Shown here in pieces: positions 9,816 to 18,975 of a DNA stretch of 64,000 bases. The stretch is from a virus (Duplodnaviria > Caudoviricetes). The position numbers were made by a program, and so were the translations under genes. Location of the stretch: the IMG/VR virus record IMGVR_UViG_3300028888_000134, positions 1,831 to 65,830 of that record; one strand, 5' to 3'. Positions within the stretch are counted from its first letter, which is position 1, and each line of letters begins with the position of its first letter. The notes below the pieces were generated by a model. The model saw only the letters and a list, made by a program, of their open reading frames with translations, made no database searches and was not told the DNA's origin.

Positions 9816-11048
9816 TTATGCTGCCTTTTTATCTTGTTTATAATTATCAAGATATTTTTGTACCATATCTTTAGTGATATTTAAACTTACTTTTTTCTCA
9901 TTATAACCACCATAATCAAACATTAGGTCAGCAAGAACCTTATCAAGCACACCTCTCAATGCCCTTGCACCAGTTTTCTTTTCAGAAGCATTCTTTGCAA
10001 TAAGCCTAAGTGCATCTTCATCAAAAGTCAATTCAATATTATCAATCCACATCATTTTCTGATATTGCTTAATGATTGAATTTTTAGGTTCTGTAAGAAT
10101 TTGATATAATTGTTCCTCAGTAAGAGGTTTGACATGTGTTACAAGCGGAAATCTTCCAATAAGTTCTGGAATAAGTCCAAATTTTTTAAGGTCTTCTGTT
10201 GTGATGTCAGAAAGCAAATCTTCTTCAGAACTTTGTTTTCCGTCAGTATTGAAACCTAACGTTCTTTTGTTCTTTCGTTTCTCAATAATCTTATCAAGTC
10301 CTTCAAATGCGCCAATACCAAAAAACAAAATATTTGTTGTATCAACTTCAATACATTGTTGTTCAGGATGTTTTCTCCCGCCATTTGGTGGAACTTGCAC
10401 TTTATGTCCTTCAACAAGTTTAAGAAGTGATTGCTGTACACCCTCACCGCCAACATCACGGGTGATTGATGTATTTTCACCTTTTCTTGAAAGTTTGTCA
10501 AATTCATCAAGCACAATAATCGCATGTTGTGCTGCTTGTACATTGAAATTGCAATCACGTAATGCTCCAAGCACACAATTTTCAACATCATCTCCTACAT
10601 AACCTGCTTGTGTCATACTTGAAGAATCACTGATATAGAAAGGTATGTTTAGATATTTTGCCAACATTCTTAACATAAACGTATTATGACTTAAAATTCC
10701 ATTTGTATAATATTTATGTTTACTTTCTTTACACAATTCAAAATCATACATATTTTCTGTTGTATTGGTTTTTTCTATTGATACGATTTCTTCTATCCCA
10801 TCACATGTAATGATTTTGTCTTTCTCTTTTAATTCATCAACAAACATTTCTTCGTTTTTTTCATTAAAAACAATATGTTTGTCTGCACATTCAAGAATTT
10901 TGTTTGTTGTTTTAATTATGTACTTTTCATATGGTATTGTTTGATGCAAATTAATAACATCAACAAAACCTTCATCGGTCATAATTTGTAAATCTTCTAA
11001 TTTCCACGTTTTTGTAAATTTTTTTAATGTTTGTTCTGATTTTTGCAT
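9816..11048 (-). CDS. clpX: Split-intein IntC (122 aa) fused to ClpX C-terminal extein
   Basis: Intein block B (ECADKH), block F (MYDFEL), block G (YYTNGILSHN), then T-FMLRMLA, QAGYVGDDVE pore-1, IIVLDEFDKL Walker B, RDVGGEGVQQSLLK, GGRKHP, LGF loop, TGARALR. Confidence 0.93.
   Translation of the reverse strand: MQKSEQTLKKFTKTWKLEDLQIMTDEGFVDVINLHQTIPYEKYIIKTTNKILECADKHIVFNEKNEEMFVDELKEKDKIITCDGIEEIVSIEKTNTTENMYDFELCKESKHKYYTNGILSHNTFMLRMLAKYLNIPFYISDSSSMTQAGYVGDDVENCVLGALRDCNFNVQAAQHAIIVLDEFDKLSRKGENTSITRDVGGEGVQQSLLKLVEGHKVQVPPNGGRKHPEQQCIEVDTTNILFFGIGAFEGLDKIIEKRKNKRTLGFNTDGKQSSEEDLLSDITTEDLKKFGLIPELIGRFPLVTHVKPLTEEQLYQILTEPKNSIIKQYQKMMWIDNIELTFDEDALRLIAKNASEKKTGARALRGVLDKVLADLMFDYGGYNEKKVSLNITKDMVQKYLDNYKQDKKAA
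10683..11048 (-). mobile_element. IntC half of atypically split mini-intein
   Basis: 122 aa from the initiator Met to terminal His-Asn; +1 residue is Thr; no endonuclease domain. Confidence 0.88.
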
Positions 11049-11157
11049 AATAAAAAATTTTTACATTGTTCAATTATTTGTTCTTTTTGATTTTTATAAT
11101 CATTTTCCCATATTATGAGTTCTTCGAAACAAATATTGGCTGAACAGGCAATATATT

Positions 11158-11262
11158 TCAAATATTATTATTCAACAATTTTATCAAATCACTGATTTTC
11201 AATGTTTTAATCTCATTTGTTTTTTTGTTTTTTAATATAATTTCCGTATTCTCCGAAACGCA
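11158..11262 (-). mobile_element. IntN half (34 aa) of atypically split intein
   Basis: Starts with Cys1 immediately after the Walker A Lys: [34 protein letters not shown]-stop. Confidence 0.88.
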
Positions 11263-11550
11263 CTTTCCGCATCCAGACGGACCTGCACATATAACATTCG
11301 ACTTCTCAATAGTGACATCTTTGAAAGGATTGTCTTCAATGTCATTAGTGAAACCGTAAATCGAATCACAAAAACGTTTGTAATGGTTGTAAACCGCAAC
11401 GGAAATCAATTTTTTGGCTTCCTCTTGCCCAATCACATGTTGATTAAGGTAATCATACAAATGTTTTGGTGTCACAACATTCATCATTTCACGCATTTGT
11501 TTCTTGATTTCCTCAATTTCTTCTTTTTGCTTGTCTGTATTGTTTACCAT
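11158..11550 (-). CDS. clpX: ClpX N-terminal extein fused to split-intein IntN
   Basis: [33 protein letters not shown] ... [16 protein letters not shown], then CVSENTEII... and TGA. No N-terminal C4 zinc domain. Start moved to ATG 11550, downstream of a Bacteroidetes-type promoter. Confidence 0.92.
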   Translation of the reverse strand: MVNNTDKQKEEIEEIKKQMREMMNVVTPKHLYDYLNQHVIGQEEAKKLISVAVYNHYKRFCDSIYGFTNDIEDNPFKDVTIEKSNVICAGPSGCGKCVSENTEIILKNKKTNEIKTLKISDLIKLLNNNI

Positions 11551-11581
11551 ATTTTTTAATGATTTATTGATTTTACGTTTG

Positions 11582-11613
11582 CAAAGGTATGTATATTTTT
11601 TGAAACTACCAAA
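11582..11613 (-). promoter_or_regulatory. Bacteroidetes housekeeping-type promoter for clpX
   Basis: Minus strand TTTG-N20-TACCTTTG matches the TTTG-N19-21-TAnnTTTG consensus. Confidence 0.75.
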
Positions 11614-11655
11614 TGTTTTGATATTTATTTTTGAGGTATTTTGTTTTTTTAACAA

Positions 11656-13563
11656 ATGAGGATGAGAAAAAAGATGATAAATGAATGGAAGCCATCTAAT
11701 AATGGTGTTGAATATTACGGTATATTTCTTGATGAGAAATCAAAGGAAATATTAAAGAGGTGTTTTGTGCCGCAAAATGCGGTAAAAATATATTGTGACC
11801 ATATGACCATTGCCCGTTGTTCGCAATTTACCGATGAAATCATCGAAAAATGTGAGTATTTGGTTGGAAAACAGATTCCTTTATATGCCACATCAATAGG
11901 TATATCAGAAGATGTCGTGGCTGTTGGAATTGAGACCGATTGTTTTAGTGTTAATAAGCACAAACACATAACTCTTTGTACTTTGAATCCAAGTGCGAAG
12001 CCTGTTCAATCAAATTATATCACTGATTGGAGAAGTTTGGAAAAGCCAATATTATTAAATGGTGTGGTAAGAGGGTTTAAAAAACGTGGTTTGCAAGAAA
12101 ATGATAAGAAAAAAAGATATGTAAGACAAGACATAATGTTAAATGCAACCACAGGTGACTGCTGTATGGAAGAGCAAATCAATGAGGTTGAATCAGATGA
12201 CATTAATCTGAAATCTTTTGAGGTGAAAGATGAGTTGAATCCTAAATTTTGGATAAATGACAAAATAAATTCAAGGGTAAGACTAAAACTTTTGGATTTG
12301 GCTGATGAATTCTATGATTCATTGAACATCAAATGGGTAAAGCCAAAGGACATTGTTCTAACAGGCTCAATTGCCAATTATAATTGGTCGAAATATTCTG
12401 ATGTTGACGTTCATATCTTGGTTGATTATAAATCAGTGTGGAAAAAGACTGATTTTGTTGAGGATTACTTCAACAGCAAAAAGGCATTGTGGTTGCAGGA
12501 ACATGGTGATTTGAAAATATATGGTTTTCCAGTTGAAATGTATGTTGAGGATTCAAATAAAAAGAACCATAGTTCGGGTGTATACTCATTAAATAAAAAC
12601 AAATGGATTGTTGAACCAAATGATTTTCAAGATGCTGATTTGAATGAGGATTATATCAAAGAAAGGTCGGCTAAGATAATAACAAAAATTGATGATATCG
12701 AAAACACACTAAAAAAAGAAAAGGACAACCACAAATTGGAGATGTTAAGCACGAAAATCAAAAAACTTTTTGACAAACTTCATAAACAAAGGAAAGAATC
12801 TTTGAACAAACACGGAGAAATGGGAACGTATAACATAATATGGAAAGTCCTAAGAAGAACAGGATATTTGGATAAAATGTGGGATATTATTAATACTATT
12901 TATAATAAAGTTAATAGTATAAAGGAAAATAAAAAACATTCCAACAGTAACAAATTAAATGAAGCAATGAAGGATTCTTTTGATTTTACTGTTTTGGAAA
13001 ATTGTAAAGACTATGGACAAATGGTTAATTATTGCCGTGAGCAACTTGGACCAGAGATTGGCCGTGGTAGTTCAAGAATGATTTTTCAAATTGATGATGA
13101 GCATTGTCTAAAATTGGCATATAACGAATATGGATTACAGCAAAATAAAGTTGAAGAAGAAACAAAATTTTATAAATCACCGTTGTTTCCATATATTATT
13201 GATTCAAGTATTGATTATTTGTGGATTGTGAGTGAAGTTGTTTTGCCAGCAGAAGAAGATGATGTTGAGCATTGTTTGGGAATGGATTGTGAAAAATTTT
13301 TTAATATTATTAAAACTTTTAAAAGAACAAAACGTTATCCTGACGCAATGCAATATGCCCAAAAGTTTATGGACGAAGATAAGACGGGAACATTAAGGCA
13401 TTTATACGATTATATTATAACGTATGACATACCAATTTGTGATATGCTTTCTTTGGAAAATTGGGGCATGACAAGGAGAAATGGAAAAGATTATCTTGTT
13501 TTATTAGATGCTGGATGGAATAAGGAAACTTTGAAAATGTACGGTTGGACACCAAGTGCTTAA
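11656..13563 (+). CDS. Polyprotein: 2H phosphoesterase + Pol-beta-type nucleotidyltransferase + kinase-like domain
   Basis: 2H motifs DHMTI and KHITL; NTase [21 protein letters not shown]; kinase-like [10 protein letters not shown]...LKLAYN...QNKVE...ENWG...LLDAG. Domains are separated by INE/LQE/LNE sites. Confidence 0.75.
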   Translation: MRMRKKMINEWKPSNNGVEYYGIFLDEKSKEILKRCFVPQNAVKIYCDHMTIARCSQFTDEIIEKCEYLVGKQIPLYATSIGISEDVVAVGIETDCFSVNKHKHITLCTLNPSAKPVQSNYITDWRSLEKPILLNGVVRGFKKRGLQENDKKKRYVRQDIMLNATTGDCCMEEQINEVESDDINLKSFEVKDELNPKFWINDKINSRVRLKLLDLADEFYDSLNIKWVKPKDIVLTGSIANYNWSKYSDVDVHILVDYKSVWKKTDFVEDYFNSKKALWLQEHGDLKIYGFPVEMYVEDSNKKNHSSGVYSLNKNKWIVEPNDFQDADLNEDYIKERSAKIITKIDDIENTLKKEKDNHKLEMLSTKIKKLFDKLHKQRKESLNKHGEMGTYNIIWKVLRRTGYLDKMWDIINTIYNKVNSIKENKKHSNSNKLNEAMKDSFDFTVLENCKDYGQMVNYCREQLGPEIGRGSSRMIFQIDDEHCLKLAYNEYGLQQNKVEEETKFYKSPLFPYIIDSSIDYLWIVSEVVLPAEEDDVEHCLGMDCEKFFNIIKTFKRTKRYPDAMQYAQKFMDEDKTGTLRHLYDYIITYDIPICDMLSLENWGMTRRNGKDYLVLLDAGWNKETLKMYGWTPSA

Positions 13564-13635
13564 TTTTTGAAAACTTTTTGATATTTCAATATATTTATAA
13601 AAAAGATATAACTATAGTTTTTAAAATATTAAATC

Positions 13636-15318
13636 ATGATTAGAAAACAAACGCCAGAAGAGCAAATTGCTAAAATGCAACACCTTATAAAATTTGGTGT
13701 TAATGAGGATACAACAAGGGCTTCAGTTCCTGTTGTCGAATTTAAGAAAAAGGCTGCAAACGGAAAAACTTATGGCATAATTCGTGATGCCACAAAATAC
13801 TATATAATGGAAGCGCCTGAAAAAGATACCGAAATTCTTGCCGAGGATTTTGATTACATCGGTGGATACAACAACAGAAAGGAAAATGAATACAGTTCTT
13901 ATTCGAAAGCTTCAAATGCACTTGATTTGCAAATAATGGCAATCAATGAGGTTGTTGACAAAAAAGACAGAGTTCAAATTGAAAAACCTGTTGTTAAAGC
14001 CGAATGGGAGAACAATATCACTGAGGGTATGAGAAAGGAAATTGACAGATTCAAAACTCTTACCGAGAATATCAACAGCATTCTTACCGAAGGTGAAATC
14101 GGTAAGTCAGCAGGCAGTGTTCCGTCTGAACACACTTTGCCAGAAGCACCAGCCAAAAATCCAAGTGACAAAAAGGTTAATGCACCGTTCACACAGTCAG
14201 GCGTTGCCAAAGGTGACAAGGATTTCAAAGTGGAAGAACACAACCACGAAACAGCTGGTTCCCCATTTGATAAGGATGGAAAATCTTCTGTTGAGAAGAA
14301 TATGCGTTCTGACAAAAAACCAAGAATTAAGACTGATGCTGAGTATTTGACAAATGAGAAGACTTATGAACCAGATGATAATATTGCTTCTAAAAAGCCA
14401 AGCGGTGGAAAAGTTGTTCGTGTGAACGAGAATAATGGTAAAATTCGTCTTAAACTTACAGAAGAGCAAGTTCTTGCATGGAATAGAGACAATGAGAACT
14501 ATATGGATAAGTCGCATGGTACGAAAATAGGTTCTTCTGACCCATTCGATGATGAACTTGGAAAAGAAAGTAATCAGACAGAAGCACCAACCGAACCAAT
14601 ACGTGAGGGAAATGGAAGTTCTGTTGTATATGACCATCCTAATGACCAAAATAAACCGACACCAGGAACAAGAGATGTTGAAACTGAAGATGGTGACCCG
14701 TTCATTGAAATTGTCACGGAAAGTGATGAGATTGATATTGATGACGTGGCAGGTTTCGATGAAGATTATGATGACGTTCCGTTCCCAGAAGTTGAAGATG
14801 ATATATATGATGAAGAAGATTGGGAGAATAGTCCAAATACAAAATTTGACAGAGATTATTCCGACTTTGAGGACAGATTGGAAAGAGAACAAAATCCAAA
14901 TTATGAAATCGAATTAGACAATGACCCTTATGGTGATGATGCAGATGACTTGCTCATTACACCTGATATGTATGATATAGATTATGATGATGACGAATCA
15001 TCACACACATATGGTCACGGTGATGAAAGAGTTGATTTTGATGATGAACTTGATGAGAGCCGTAGAGCAAGAAGATTGTCTGAAGTCAGATTGAATGATT
15101 TCGGTAAGCATCCTGCATACAGGAAAAGACCAATGACATTGCCACCGAACAAAGAAGTTGCAATAAATGGAGCAAGGGAATGGGATGACGAATCAGTTCA
15201 AGGAGAAGAGCCTTTTGGCAAAAAAATAGGTGATTCTGCACCATTTGATGAGATTGTTGACTCTGTTATGGAATCATACAAGAGAAAATTTTATAGGAGG
15301 AATAAAAAAAAACATTAA
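13636..15318 (+). CDS. Acidic prohead core or internal-head protein (putative)
   Basis: Many [LIV]-x-E sites (VNE, ITE, LTE, IRE, LDE, LSE), an acidic tract and about five PF[DTI] repeats. TATTTATA at 13592-13599. Confidence 0.6.
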   Translation: MIRKQTPEEQIAKMQHLIKFGVNEDTTRASVPVVEFKKKAANGKTYGIIRDATKYYIMEAPEKDTEILAEDFDYIGGYNNRKENEYSSYSKASNALDLQIMAINEVVDKKDRVQIEKPVVKAEWENNITEGMRKEIDRFKTLTENINSILTEGEIGKSAGSVPSEHTLPEAPAKNPSDKKVNAPFTQSGVAKGDKDFKVEEHNHETAGSPFDKDGKSSVEKNMRSDKKPRIKTDAEYLTNEKTYEPDDNIASKKPSGGKVVRVNENNGKIRLKLTEEQVLAWNRDNENYMDKSHGTKIGSSDPFDDELGKESNQTEAPTEPIREGNGSSVVYDHPNDQNKPTPGTRDVETEDGDPFIEIVTESDEIDIDDVAGFDEDYDDVPFPEVEDDIYDEEDWENSPNTKFDRDYSDFEDRLEREQNPNYEIELDNDPYGDDADDLLITPDMYDIDYDDDESSHTYGHGDERVDFDDELDESRRARRLSEVRLNDFGKHPAYRKRPMTLPPNKEVAINGAREWDDESVQGEEPFGKKIGDSAPFDEIVDSVMESYKRKFYRRNKKKH

Positions 15319-15338
15319 GTGAGCGAAAAGTTCTTAAA

Positions 15339-16043
15339 GTGAACAACGGTTCACAAAACATTCCTATGCAACAGGACACACCACCTATGGACATGCCACA
15401 AGACATGAACAACATGGGTGGTGATTTCATGCCACAAGGGGATATGGGAATGCCACAAGGTCAAATGGGTGGAATGGATATGCCACAAGACGATATGGGA
15501 ATGAATAGCCAAAGTCAATTTGACACCAATTTTGATGCTGGTGTTGAAGCGGATGAAGAACAGGATCCAAAGAAATTCATACAGCAACTCACAGGTAAAT
15601 TGAGTCAGTCATTAAGAAAATACAATGATGACAATGGTCAGCCTGATGTGGATTTAAACAAATATGTTGCTGGCATGATAGTGAAGCAAGCAATGGATGG
15701 ACTGTCGCCAGAGGATGCAGAAGACATTATAGACAAGGTAAAGGCTGATGAAGATTTTGAAATGGATGACATGGGTCAGCAAGACATGGAACAAATGCCT
15801 CAAGATGATGAACAAATGCCACAAGAAATGAACCAACAACAAATGGGTGGTGATATGAATATGCAACAGCAGCCAATGAACGAGAAAAATATGAGAAAAT
15901 ACAATATGCAAATAAGAGAAATTGTAAATGGTGTGCTTGATGATTACAAAAAGGAAAACGGTTCACAACAAAAAGGAAATGAAAAGCAAAAAAGAAGTTT
16001 CAGAACCAAACCTTTTGGAACAAGGGACTTTAAAAAAAATTAA
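15339..16043 (+). CDS. Low-complexity Met/Gln/Asp-rich protein
   Basis: MPQD/MPQG repeats flank a central FDAGVEADEEQDPKKFIQQLTGKLSQSL domain; GTG start. Confidence 0.7.
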   Translation: MNNGSQNIPMQQDTPPMDMPQDMNNMGGDFMPQGDMGMPQGQMGGMDMPQDDMGMNSQSQFDTNFDAGVEADEEQDPKKFIQQLTGKLSQSLRKYNDDNGQPDVDLNKYVAGMIVKQAMDGLSPEDAEDIIDKVKADEDFEMDDMGQQDMEQMPQDDEQMPQEMNQQQMGGDMNMQQQPMNEKNMRKYNMQIREIVNGVLDDYKKENGSQQKGNEKQKRSFRTKPFGTRDFKKN

Positions 16044-16061
16044 AAACATAAACATAAAAAT

Positions 16062-18455
16062 ATGGCAAAAATCAGTGCAGAAGAAGCTAAAGCAAGATTG
16101 CAATCAAAGCCTTTGGAACAACAATCTTCGAAAAAACAAAAAAGATTGCAAACATTGATGACATCTTCAATTGAGGAAAAGGAAGATGAAATAGAATTAG
16201 TAGACATAATAAATGATAATCTTTTTATTTTTAAAAAGAATGATTCATATGTTTTGTCACCAGCAGATGATGCGTTGTCACCAGTTATTGGAGAATTTGA
16301 AAAAGTATCTGATGATGATGAATTACCACCAAGTTTCAAGGATTGGCTTGACACTTATTCAAAGGAAATTGATTTTTTTCAAAAAAACGAAGAATTTCTA
16401 ACAGCAGATAATAACGAAACATCAGACAGCGCAGATGCCGTTGAAATGGTTGATTTGGGTTTGTCTGTAAAATGGGCAAAATGCAATTTGGGTGCATCAA
16501 AACCTGAAGAGGTTGGAAATTATTATGCTTGGGGTGAAACAGAAACAAAGGTAAGTTATACAACTGCAAATTACAAGTTTTATGACCGTTCAACAAAATC
16601 TTTCACTTATATTGGCAGTGACATAAGCAAAAACAAGGAGTATGATGCAGCATTTAAAGTAAATCAGAAAGTATGTATGCCCACAAAAGTTCAACTTGAA
16701 GAATTGCTTGAAGAATGTACATGGACAAAGAAGCAATTGAACAATGTAACAGGATGGGAAGTTAAAGGCAAAAACGGAAATTCAATTTTTATACCACTAA
16801 ATGGGTGTAAATCTGAAAGTTCAAAAGTCACTTATGAGGGAAATTGCTACCTTTGGACTTCAAATAATTATGAGCCAAATGTTTTGCAAGCATATACATT
16901 CAGAACACAGACCAAACCTGACTTTTTTGCAATGTATAGAAGAACTGGTGCAGGAATAAGACCTGTTTCAGTTAAAACGAAAGATGATGAAAAGGAAAAA
17001 TTAGTTGATTTAGGTTTGACTGTTAAATGGTCAAGTGTTAACTTGGGTGCTGAAGAACCACATGAATTTGGTGATATGTATGCTTGGGGTGAAACTGAAA
17101 CAAAGAGCGTTTTCAGTTGGGAAAATTATGACCATTACATTTCTTCAACTAAGAAAATCGAAGACATTGGAAAGAGTATTTCTAAGACAAAGTATGATGC
17201 TGCATATAATTTGAATCAAAACCTTTGTGTTCCAACACCAGAACAATGGGAAGAATTGATTGGAAAATGCAAATGGACACCAAAAACAATAAATAATGTT
17301 AAAGGAGAAGAAGTTAAAGGTCCTAATGGGAATACAATATTCATACCATATGCAGGATACAAGGTGGAAAGCACTGATTATAAAATAGGTCAGCGTGGTG
17401 TATACATGACATCAGACACATATTCCAAGAATACAACGGAATACAATAGAGATGTTGCACTTACGGATGAGAAAAATTCAGTTGCTTACTCAAGAAAAAT
17501 GTTAGGCAGATATATTAGACCCGTAAGTTCTGAATTAAATGAGGATGTCAATAAAAAGAAAACAATTAAGCCATTAATACCATACCAATGGAGTCAAAGA
17601 GCACCTTACAACAATCTTTTGTTAAAAGACCCAGTGACAAATGAAACTGTAGTTACAGGATGCACTAACACCGCATTGGCAATGATTATTGCTTATTATG
17701 GCTGCATTGGCGTAAAAGGCGTGAAATACAAAGGTGGCTGTACGAAAACAAGTGCATATACAACATCAAAGAGAAAAATGAAAATCCCATCACTTGAGGC
17801 AATTGATGAGTTTGATTTTGATAATTTGAATTTTGTCAAAGTGAAAGACTTTAAAACAACAAAGTCAAAGAATGCAGTCGCAACACTAATGAAATATGTA
17901 GGATACGCAAGCAAGGCAAATTACAGTTCAGAAGAAACGACAACTAATTTGACAAATTGTCTTAATGCGGCAAAGAACAACCTTGGTCTTGGCTCTAATG
18001 CGAAAATGTTGTATGCTTCATCTGGTATTGAAAATTTCAAAGAACAAATCTATAAGGAATTGTCTGATGGTTATCCATTGCATATGTCAGGATGGAATAA
18101 GGCAGGTACAAGTGGACATTCATTTATCTGTGATGGATATGATGCAGAAAATGACAAATACCATTGCAATTGGGGTTGGTCAGGCTTGTATGATGGATGG
18201 TTCGATTTGAATTTGTTCAAACCTTCTGACTTGTATGATTATACCTATAACAAACGCTGTATTGTTGGTCTGCATCCAGATGCCATTATTGGTGACACAA
18301 ATAATGATTTGAATTTGAACATAACGGATGTTATGAACATCGTTCAGTCAATCATTGACAATAAAGAATATGAAAGAAAATATGATGTAAATTCAGATGG
18401 CAAAATAAACGAACAGGACGTTACTGATTTAATCAATTATATTCTTGGAAAATGA
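16062..18455 (+). CDS. Peptidase C10 (streptopain-like) with propeptide, two VDLGL repeat domains and C-terminal dockerin
   Basis: Propeptide (SPADDALSPVIG...LPPSFKDWL); two VDLGL[ST]VKW domains; catalytic WSQ, TGCTNTA, GHSFICDG, CNWGW; dockerin GDTNND...DVNSDGKINEQDV. Confidence 0.85.
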   Translation: MAKISAEEAKARLQSKPLEQQSSKKQKRLQTLMTSSIEEKEDEIELVDIINDNLFIFKKNDSYVLSPADDALSPVIGEFEKVSDDDELPPSFKDWLDTYSKEIDFFQKNEEFLTADNNETSDSADAVEMVDLGLSVKWAKCNLGASKPEEVGNYYAWGETETKVSYTTANYKFYDRSTKSFTYIGSDISKNKEYDAAFKVNQKVCMPTKVQLEELLEECTWTKKQLNNVTGWEVKGKNGNSIFIPLNGCKSESSKVTYEGNCYLWTSNNYEPNVLQAYTFRTQTKPDFFAMYRRTGAGIRPVSVKTKDDEKEKLVDLGLTVKWSSVNLGAEEPHEFGDMYAWGETETKSVFSWENYDHYISSTKKIEDIGKSISKTKYDAAYNLNQNLCVPTPEQWEELIGKCKWTPKTINNVKGEEVKGPNGNTIFIPYAGYKVESTDYKIGQRGVYMTSDTYSKNTTEYNRDVALTDEKNSVAYSRKMLGRYIRPVSSELNEDVNKKKTIKPLIPYQWSQRAPYNNLLLKDPVTNETVVTGCTNTALAMIIAYYGCIGVKGVKYKGGCTKTSAYTTSKRKMKIPSLEAIDEFDFDNLNFVKVKDFKTTKSKNAVATLMKYVGYASKANYSSEETTTNLTNCLNAAKNNLGLGSNAKMLYASSGIENFKEQIYKELSDGYPLHMSGWNKAGTSGHSFICDGYDAENDKYHCNWGWSGLYDGWFDLNLFKPSDLYDYTYNKRCIVGLHPDAIIGDTNNDLNLNITDVMNIVQSIIDNKEYERKYDVNSDGKINEQDVTDLINYILGK

Positions 18456-18488
18456 GCGAATTCTTGTGAAAAACATATAGTTTTAGTT

Positions 18489-18522
18489 AAAAATCGTTGA
18501 TTGTTTTTCAACGATTTTTTTG
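18489..18522 (+). terminator. Intrinsic terminator
   Basis: aaaaatcgttga / tcaacgattttt stem plus T tract. Confidence 0.75.
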
Positions 18523-18576
18523 TTTTGTTTCAACTCCTTATATTTATATATAATAAATGTATTTTTAATTAAAATT

Positions 18577-18954
18577 ATGGGTAGAAAATTTTGCATAACA
18601 GAGAAACAATACAGAATGGCATTAAAAGAGGGCGTTTTGCCTTATGGTCAAAAATTTAAAGTCCAACCACAAAAAACAAATAGCACAACATCAAGCAATG
18701 TCAAGGATATCCAAAAGAATGTTGAGGACACGATGAACAACTTGAAGAAAATTGCACCTGATGCAGAAAACAATTTTGAGGTTGTTGGAAATGACCCCAA
18801 TTCTAACACTGAAATTGTGAGCAAATCAACAAATGACGTAAAGGAAAATAGAGTTATTTCAAAGAAAAAATTACAAGAAAACCGTCTTAAAAAGTTAAAG
18901 AAACATTCTGAACTTTATACTGTAAAAGATTTCATCAATAAAATCAAAAAATAA
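18577..18954 (+). CDS. Small putative head-internal protein
   Basis: Leader MGRKFCITEKQYRMALKEG. Start moved to ATG 18577, after TATTTATA at 18541-18548. Confidence 0.7.
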   Translation: MGRKFCITEKQYRMALKEGVLPYGQKFKVQPQKTNSTTSSNVKDIQKNVEDTMNNLKKIAPDAENNFEVVGNDPNSNTEIVSKSTNDVKENRVISKKKLQENRLKKLKKHSELYTVKDFINKIKK

Positions 18955-18975
18955 TGAATTTTAAATTTTGATAAA

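Noticed and set aside
11049-11157. clpX break as a simple frameshift or sequencing error in a contiguous intein
   Set aside because: The spacer has four stops in the IntC frame and a further stop in the IntN frame; a single indel cannot join the halves.
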